Part shown: positions 58,921-64,000 of the stretch, one piece after another
Layout: each line of letters begins with the position of its first letter
How positions within the stretch are numbered: the first letter of the stretch is position 1
Virus record (IMG/VR): IMGVR_UViG_3300025087_000034
Strand: one strand, 5' to 3'
Origin: a virus
Lineage: Duplodnaviria; Caudoviricetes
DNA: 64,000 nt
Position numbers and translations under genes: made by a program
The notes under the pieces: model-generated
What the model was told of the DNA's origin: nothing
What the model saw: the letters and a program-made list of their open reading frames with translations, nothing else
The model's database searches: none

Positions 58921-59729
58921 TTTTGTATATTAGTGTTCCAATAATTCTACGTAACATCGTAAGGCTTAATTACCCTGTGGAAATGGTAGTTGGTAGTGTT
59001 GCGGGCTTGGCTAATGAGGTTGTTTTGTGCGTCGACCCTTCCTCGGAGGACTCGACTGTTAAGTTGTGTGAGGAGATGTCTTTAAGGTCGAAGCTCGGTG
59101 GAATAAAGACAGATATACGTGTAGTATATAGTAAATGGGATTTAAAAAACATAACTGATACAGGATATGAATTTGCTAAACAAACAAATATAGCAATAGA
59201 TTACTGTATTGGGGACTGGGTGCTTCTTTTACAGGCCGATGAAGCAATTCACGAACAAGATTTTGATAAGATACTTGACGCAATTGATTATGCAAACGAT
59301 AATAATATAGATGGGTATGAAATGACACGTCTGTATTTTTATGGTAGTATGGATGTCATACGAGACGATTGGACAGTTCCTATTATAAGATTATTTAAGA
59401 AGGGGTCTAGAAAATCGTGTGGGGACGCTATGAATACCTTAGGTAAGGGAAGGGTTGAAAGACTTAATGTTCCAATATATCATTATTCACGTATAGGGGA
59501 TCCTGAAATTATATCTAAACGTATATTATCTTTGGATAAATTTTTTCACCGCGCGGAAAAATTAAAGGACGAAAAAGAACTTAAACCATACTCATTTGAC
59601 ACATATAACTTTGATTGTCAACATAAAGACAATATAGACATAGGAAGAAAAAAAGTAGAACAATCATTTAGTACATTTACAGGCACACACCCAAAAATAT
59701 TCGTTGGGTATACTGGGGAGGGTTTTTAG
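58917..59729 (+). CDS. Glycosyltransferase, GT2 family
   Basis: NEVVLCVD..SEDST...AKQTNIAIDYCIGDWVLLLQADEAIHE...IYHY. Confidence 0.85.
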   Translation: MILYISVPIILRNIVRLNYPVEMVVGSVAGLANEVVLCVDPSSEDSTVKLCEEMSLRSKLGGIKTDIRVVYSKWDLKNITDTGYEFAKQTNIAIDYCIGDWVLLLQADEAIHEQDFDKILDAIDYANDNNIDGYEMTRLYFYGSMDVIRDDWTVPIIRLFKKGSRKSCGDAMNTLGKGRVERLNVPIYHYSRIGDPEIISKRILSLDKFFHRAEKLKDEKELKPYSFDTYNFDCQHKDNIDIGRKKVEQSFSTFTGTHPKIFVGYTGEGF

Positions 59730-59732
59730 TTC

Positions 59733-60371
59733 ATGATATTAGAAATGTCTTCCTGGGCCAAACTAAATATAAAAGAACCTGCCCCTTTATATGAAGTTCC
59801 AGGAATTAATTCTATAGAACCTATTGATGTATATAATTTTCGTTATTCTCGTCCGTATACTGAATTAAGTAAACCAGAACTAGAGGACCCACACAGGCAG
59901 TATTTGGATGTTTTGTGTAATTTGGACAGGGGAAGCTCTCTTTTAATTTTTGGCTCTGGTCACAGTTTTAATATGAACATCTTTTATGATTATGGGAGGT
60001 TTTCTAGGCTTGTAGCTGTAGATTTTTCCGCGGCGGCAAAAATAGGTCTTTACAAAGAAATAGAATTTTACGATAATAATATACTAGAAGGTGACTTACC
60101 TGTTGTTTGTGACTATGTTTTTTCAGCTCATACTATAGAGCATTTTTATAAGAAAGAATTATTTGATATTGTTTTACCTAGATTGTTTAAGGCTGCTAGA
60201 AGGGGTGTAGTGATATTAGTACCGTACGGTACTAATTGGGCCGGGGAACCTTACCATAAGTGTCAGTTTTATGAAAATGATGAATTTGCATCGTTGTTTG
60301 ATAAATACAGGATTGTAAGAAAGGGTTCAGAAATTATATTTTTTAAAGGGGAAACTGACCATGGATTTTAG
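59733..60371 (+). CDS. Class I SAM-dependent methyltransferase-like protein
   Basis: LLIFGSGHS, LVAVDFS, DYVFSAHTIEH, VILVP. Confidence 0.7.
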   Translation: MILEMSSWAKLNIKEPAPLYEVPGINSIEPIDVYNFRYSRPYTELSKPELEDPHRQYLDVLCNLDRGSSLLIFGSGHSFNMNIFYDYGRFSRLVAVDFSAAAKIGLYKEIEFYDNNILEGDLPVVCDYVFSAHTIEHFYKKELFDIVLPRLFKAARRGVVILVPYGTNWAGEPYHKCQFYENDEFASLFDKYRIVRKGSEIIFFKGETDHGF

Positions 60372-60915
60372 TGGACTAAACACTGTTAAACAGGTATGTG
60401 AAAAAATAGGGCAGGTTATGCGTCCTTGTCCCGTATGTGTAGAAACAGGTACAATGTATGCTATTTCAGAAGAAAATCTAGTACACACAACTACCAACAA
60501 TATATTAAAGCATATATGCAGGCCTAATGGCGGTAAATTATTTTCTTTAGATATAGATAAAGAACATCAATACATTGCTAGGTCTGTGTGCTGCGGAGAT
60601 GATTGTGTATATGTTCTTGGTGATAGTATTGTTTCTTTGGGTCTCTTAAATTTTGAATTATCTTCTAAGGATTGTCCTATTGATGTTTTATGGTTAGATT
60701 CTAAGGAATTTGATATTGCACACACTGTTAATGAGTATAATGCTATCAAAGGGTGTTTAAATAAGAAGGGACATTTTGTTATGGTTGATGATATACACAA
60801 TGCTAATTCTGTTAAATATAAAGAAATAGTTCCTATTTTAAAGGGGGCCGGTTATTTTTGGGTAGAAGTCCTAACACCCACAGGGCTTTTTGTTTCGTGG
60901 GTTGGCTATGCCTAG
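60361..60915 (+). CDS. Class I SAM-dependent methyltransferase (Methyltransf_24-like)
   Basis: CVETGT, LFSLDID, GDSI, IDVLWLDS, VMVDD. Confidence 0.75.
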   Translation: MDFSGLNTVKQVCEKIGQVMRPCPVCVETGTMYAISEENLVHTTTNNILKHICRPNGGKLFSLDIDKEHQYIARSVCCGDDCVYVLGDSIVSLGLLNFELSSKDCPIDVLWLDSKEFDIAHTVNEYNAIKGCLNKKGHFVMVDDIHNANSVKYKEIVPILKGAGYFWVEVLTPTGLFVSWVGYA

Positions 60916-61052
60916 GTTGGTCGTTTTAAGTAATCCTAGGTCTGGTACATCTTTATTAACACATTTATAGTCATCTTACAGGGCCGTAAAACCCATCCCT
61001 TTAGGGGTGGGATATAAGGCCTTCTTGATTTTTAGAAAGATTAAAATAATAG

Positions 61053-61081
61053 TTGACCTTTTTAGCCTCGCAACCTATTAT
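61053..61081 (+). promoter_or_regulatory. sigma70-type promoter of tnpB inside the element's left end
   Basis: TTGACC-N17-TATTAT, followed by a GGGAGG RBS before the ATG at 61110. Confidence 0.6.
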
Positions 61082-61109
61082 TATAATAAGTCCCAGGGAG
61101 GGACTTTCA

Positions 61110-62186
61110 ATGGTTAAAACTTTTTCCTTCCGTATAAAAGATTCCACCTCTGCTAAGCACCTTTATGCTATGGCTAGAGCTGTAAACTTTGTATGGAACT
61201 ATTGCAATGAGGTTCAAAAGAAGGCTGCTAATAGTCATAGGCCCTGGGTTAATTGGGTAATGTTAAATAACCTAACTTCCGGGTGTTCCAAGGAACTTCG
61301 TTTGCATAGCCAAACTATTCAAGCTATTGACGAATGTTATGCTACTTCACTAAAGGAAGCCAAATCTCCTACTGGTAAAAAGAAACGTTTCCTACGATTC
61401 CGTGGTAGAAGAAGCCAGGGCTGGATTCCTTTCAAAGCTTCTGGAATAAAACTTCGTAAGGATTCCGTTGTTTACCAAGGACGAATATTCCGCTTCTGGA
61501 AGACTCGAAGTATTCCTGAACAAATTAAGGGTGGAAACTTCTCTTGTGACGTTAGGGGTCGTTGGTACCTTAACCTTGTCTGTGAATACGAGGAAGCCCT
61601 TGTTTCCAACGAAGGTAGTGTTGGCATTGATTTAGGACTTAAGTCTTTGGCTACCTTGTCTAACGGTAAAAAGTACGATGCTCAAAAGTTCTTCCGCAAG
61701 TATGAGAGAAAGCTTGCTCACCACCAACGGTGTAATAATGCACGTCAAGTAAGAACGATTCATGCTAAGATAGCTAACTCTCGTAAAGATTTCAACCATA
61801 AAGTTTCCCATGAGTTGACCAGAGACTTTAATAAGGTATTCATCGGTGACGTAGACAGCCTTGGTCTATTAAAGACCAGGCTAGCCAAGTCAGTTTCCGA
61901 CGCTTCTTGGGGTCAGCTCCGTACCTTCATTGAATACAAAGCGATTGCGCGTGGTGGTACGTACTACGTTGTTGACGAGAACAACACTACTCGAACCTGT
62001 TCAGCCTGTGGGTGCCTTACTGGGCCCTCCGGTCTAGCAGGGCTTCGAGTTAGAGAATGGCAGTGTAAAGAGTGTGGCACGGTGCACGATAGGGATACCA
62101 ACTCAGCTATCAATATTGAACAACGAGGCCTCTCAACTCTGCATTCTCCACTCAGGACATTGAGTGCTAAAGAGGAAATTCCTTAG
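61110..62186 (+). CDS. tnpB: RNA-guided endonuclease TnpB
   Basis: GRWYL, RuvC-I VGIDLG, RuvC-II region FIGDV, VDENNTT, zinc finger CSAC...CKEC, RuvC-III HDRDTNSAINI. The likely start is the ATG at 61110 rather than the TTG at 61053. Confidence 0.95.
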   Translation: MVKTFSFRIKDSTSAKHLYAMARAVNFVWNYCNEVQKKAANSHRPWVNWVMLNNLTSGCSKELRLHSQTIQAIDECYATSLKEAKSPTGKKKRFLRFRGRRSQGWIPFKASGIKLRKDSVVYQGRIFRFWKTRSIPEQIKGGNFSCDVRGRWYLNLVCEYEEALVSNEGSVGIDLGLKSLATLSNGKKYDAQKFFRKYERKLAHHQRCNNARQVRTIHAKIANSRKDFNHKVSHELTRDFNKVFIGDVDSLGLLKTRLAKSVSDASWGQLRTFIEYKAIARGGTYYVVDENNTTRTCSACGCLTGPSGLAGLRVREWQCKECGTVHDRDTNSAINIEQRGLSTLHSPLRTLSAKEEIP

Positions 62187-62240
62187 GAATCCCCTGACTT
62201 TAGTCGGGGGAGGATGTCAATGCTTCGTTCTTTTGATTTG
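62040..62240 (+). ncRNA. Predicted TnpB omega/reRNA (scaffold overlapping tnpB 3' end and right end, plus guide from the flank)
   Basis: Inferred from the known architecture of TnpB reRNAs. The 5' boundary is a guess. The guide would begin at 62221 (TGCTTCGTTCTTTTGATTTG). Confidence 0.45.
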
Positions 62241-62402
62241 GGTTTTTTAGGAATAGTTCCCTATAATAATTTAGATCCACAGGATATGTATTCTTATCGT
62301 CTAGAGTTTTCTTCTATAAACTTACAGAGTATTACTGCAGAAGATAAGTTGTTTTTTATAATAAGGGACCCGCGGTCGGTTATTACCTCTGTGCATCCTT
62401 CA

Positions 62403-62412
62403 GGGGGGGGGG
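62403..62412 (+). repeat. G10 homopolymer at the frameshift in the sulfotransferase
   Basis: TCA-GGGGGGGGGG-CCTTAT. G9 or G12 would join the 62214 and 62473 ORF frames. Confidence 0.85.
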
Positions 62413-62823
62413 CCTTATGGATTTGATTATTCTGGGTGGATTAAGAATTTTCTTTTAGTAGAGCACTTATTTTTGTGTCCATTTTTATGCACAATATGGT
62501 TTGACGATCTTATATTACGCCCTAGTTTGGTTGAGGGTGTTATTTCAAGGTTTTTAAGGGCATCCCCTGTTAAATCATTTGAGTCTCATGGGGATACTTT
62601 TGAAGCAAAGTACGTTGGAGAAGACGGGATGGGGTTTGAAGCAGGGGGCTTTAGGTCTTTTGATGCAGAAAAGGTTTGTTCTTGGGAAAAAATAGAGCAT
62701 AGGGAGCGTTTAAAGAAGCAAATAATAACAAGTCCTTCTATGTTGAGCGATTTAGTGTACTTAGGGTTTGAGAATGACTCTTCTTGGGTTGCTGCCCTTT
62801 AATTCTAGCTTAGGAGACTACGT

Positions 62824-63864
62824 ATGAGAATTAAATTTTGTAATCCTATAACTCCGGATTTAAAATTAGTTAATTCCTACCTAAAAGAAAGCTTTACTTC
62901 TGGGTATTTATCTAATTTTGGTCCTGCCTATACTGAATTGTGTAGGAAGTTTAAAGAAAATGTATTTAATCTAGGCCCAGATAGGGAAATATTATTGACA
63001 TCTTCCGGTCACACTGCTCTTATGGCTGCTTATGCCGCTTTAGGGGTAAAAAGGCTATTGGTGCCGTCTTTTACATTTGAGGCTACTAGAGCGGCTGCTA
63101 CTTTGCAGGGTATAGGTACCATAATAAAGGATGTTGATCCTATGTCGGGATGTTTTACCGTTGATATTATAAAATCTGTGGACCCCTCCACATATGATGC
63201 TATAGTGGTTGTTTGTGCTTTATCAACAATACCAGATTTGGATAGTATACAACGATATTGTAGGTCGATGGGAAAACGTATGATTATTGATGCCGCCCCA
63301 GCTTTTGGTACTAAGAATATTTATTATTATGGGGATGCTTTTTGCTTGTCTTTTCATGCTACGAAAACATTGCCGGCCGGGGAGGGTGGAGCGGTTATAC
63401 TTAAATCAGATTACTACGATAAGGCTAGAAGTTTTATAAATTTTGGTTTCGATGACAAAAAAAATGTTTCTATGGTGGGCATGAATGCAAAGATTAGTGA
63501 GTATTCGTGTGCTGTTTTGCTGGCTCTTATTGAAAAAGTCAGGTTTGTTGTGGACAAGAGGCTAGAGAATTTACAGGTTTATCGTTCTTTTATTGACCAT
63601 TTAATACCTCCTACTTGGGTTTATAACACTGTGTACCAAAGTCTACCAATTTTTTTAGATAGCTCAGAAAAAGTTGGTCCTATAAGGAAAAGGTTGTCGG
63701 AGGTTGGAGTAGACACCCTACAATATTACTCCCCACTAGACCCTGGTTCTCCTGTTTCTGCTTCCCTTTATAGCAGAAATATAAATATTCCTATACACCA
63801 AGGTGTAAGTATAGAGGATATAGGTTTTATTTGTTCTGTAATTTTAGATGGGGGTTTAGAATGA
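62824..63864 (+). CDS. DegT/DnrJ/EryC1/StrS-family PLP-dependent sugar aminotransferase
   Basis: TSSGHTAL, PSFTFEAT, IIDAAPAFG, LSFHATKTLPAGEGGAV, GMNAKISE. Confidence 0.92.
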   Translation: MRIKFCNPITPDLKLVNSYLKESFTSGYLSNFGPAYTELCRKFKENVFNLGPDREILLTSSGHTALMAAYAALGVKRLLVPSFTFEATRAAATLQGIGTIIKDVDPMSGCFTVDIIKSVDPSTYDAIVVVCALSTIPDLDSIQRYCRSMGKRMIIDAAPAFGTKNIYYYGDAFCLSFHATKTLPAGEGGAVILKSDYYDKARSFINFGFDDKKNVSMVGMNAKISEYSCAVLLALIEKVRFVVDKRLENLQVYRSFIDHLIPPTWVYNTVYQSLPIFLDSSEKVGPIRKRLSEVGVDTLQYYSPLDPGSPVSASLYSRNINIPIHQGVSIEDIGFICSVILDGGLE

Positions 63865-64000
63865 AGGACCTGCTAATTTTTGTTCCGTTAGATACTTTTG
63901 CGAAGGCACAATATGAGTTTCTTCCATTAGGTCCATTATATTTGTCTTCGTATTTAAGTAGGGCAGGATTTGAAGTAGATGTTGTTCATGGCTTAGTTTC
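63861..64000 (+). CDS. 3'-truncated B12-binding (radical SAM-type) protein N-terminus
   Basis: ATGA overlap with the upstream stop. MKDLLIFVP...FLPLGPLYLSSYLSRAGFEVDVVHG matches the PLGxxYLxxYLxxxGxEV start of cobalamin-binding radical SAM proteins. Confidence 0.7.
   Translation, partial: MKDLLIFVPLDTFAKAQYEFLPLGPLYLSSYLSRAGFEVDVVHGLV

Larger units (their letters stand above)
1787..60042. repeat. Dispersed T(n)-[CpG-rich core]-A(n) motif family
   Basis: Examples at 1787-1805, 9195-9216, 10120-10140, 13373-13404, 20892-20911, 26810-26829, 33035-33053, 45175-45196, 48204-48224, 49407-49420, 59541-59561 and 60023-60042. Confidence 0.7.
60969..62220 (+). mobile_element. Non-autonomous IS200/IS605-family (IS1341-like, TnpB only) element, 1252 bp
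   Basis: Inserted 3' of TTTAT (60964-60968) with no target duplication. Left-end hairpin CCCATCCC-TTTA-GGGGTGGG (60992-61011). Right-end hairpin TCCCCTGAC-TTTA-GTCGGGGGA (62190-62211). Ends in TCAA (62217-62220). No tnpA. Confidence 0.9.
60908..62802 (+). pseudogene. Sulfotransferase gene interrupted by an IS605-family element and a G10 frameshift
   Basis: The 5' part MPRLVVLSNPRSGTSLLTHL (60908-60968) has the 5'-PSB motif. Removing 60969-62220 restores the frame (CAT TTA T|TG CTT CGT) into ...FIIRDPRSVITS (3'-PB motif). A +1 shift at G10 then continues PYGFDYSGW...WFDDLIL to the stop at 62802. Confidence 0.85.

Noticed and set aside
9195-60042. T-GC-A motifs as intrinsic terminators
   Set aside because: The T-run precedes the GC core on both strands, cores often cannot form a stem, and most copies are mid-gene.
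60969-61110. IStron (group I intron plus TnpB) that would splice out of the sulfotransferase mRNA
   Set aside because: Only ~140 nt lie between the left end and tnpB, too short for a group I catalytic core, and I see no P-Q-R-S elements.
62214-62802. ORFs 62214..62426 and 62473..62802 as independent genes
   Set aside because: They are fragments of the interrupted sulfotransferase. The ATG at 62214 is supplied by the IS right end.
1-64000. Stop-codon reassignment (many genes end in TAG; TAG is followed in frame by the next ATG at 14197/14198 and 48988/48989)
   Set aside because: Conserved genes (recA, dnaB, dnaJ, GTs) and 5-6 kb ORFs are uninterrupted in the standard code and end at sensible positions. 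No internal TAG needs read-through.

Overview
This window is 64 kb of a large tailed-bacteriophage-like genome. All credible genes are on the + strand, tightly packed, and read in the standard genetic code. It has three blocks. (1) ~1-44 kb: large, beta-rich, Ser/Thr/Tyr/Gly-rich putative virion proteins, up to 2057 aa, carrying Big-1/Ig-like, kelch, LamG-like, discoidin, golvesin-like and five-bladed propeller modules. The block is interrupted by a multi-zinc-module PD-(D/E)XK endonuclease. No capsid, portal or terminase gene is recognisable. (2) ~44-55.6 kb: a bacterial-type replication/recombination cassette behind a near-consensus sigma70 promoter (dnaN, recA, dnaB, dnaG, ssb, dnaJ, ruvC, RecB/Cas4-like nuclease), plus two GIY-YIG homing endonucleases and a small Hfq/Sm-like protein. 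(3) ~55.6-64 kb: a glycan/modification cluster with 2 GT4, 2 GT2, 2 methyltransferases, a sulfotransferase, a DegT aminotransferase and the start of a B12-binding radical SAM gene. The sulfotransferase is split by a 1252-bp TnpB-only IS200/IS605 element (target TTTAT, rearranged RuvC-II) and also frameshifted at a G10 tract. The most unexpected signal is a dispersed T(n)-[CpG-rich core]-A(n) motif. It is embedded in coding sequence through CpG-containing codons, and the local A/T skew flips from T-rich to A-rich at these sites. I saw no CRISPR array, tRNA or rRNA. Domain calls come from motif recognition by eye, not database searches.
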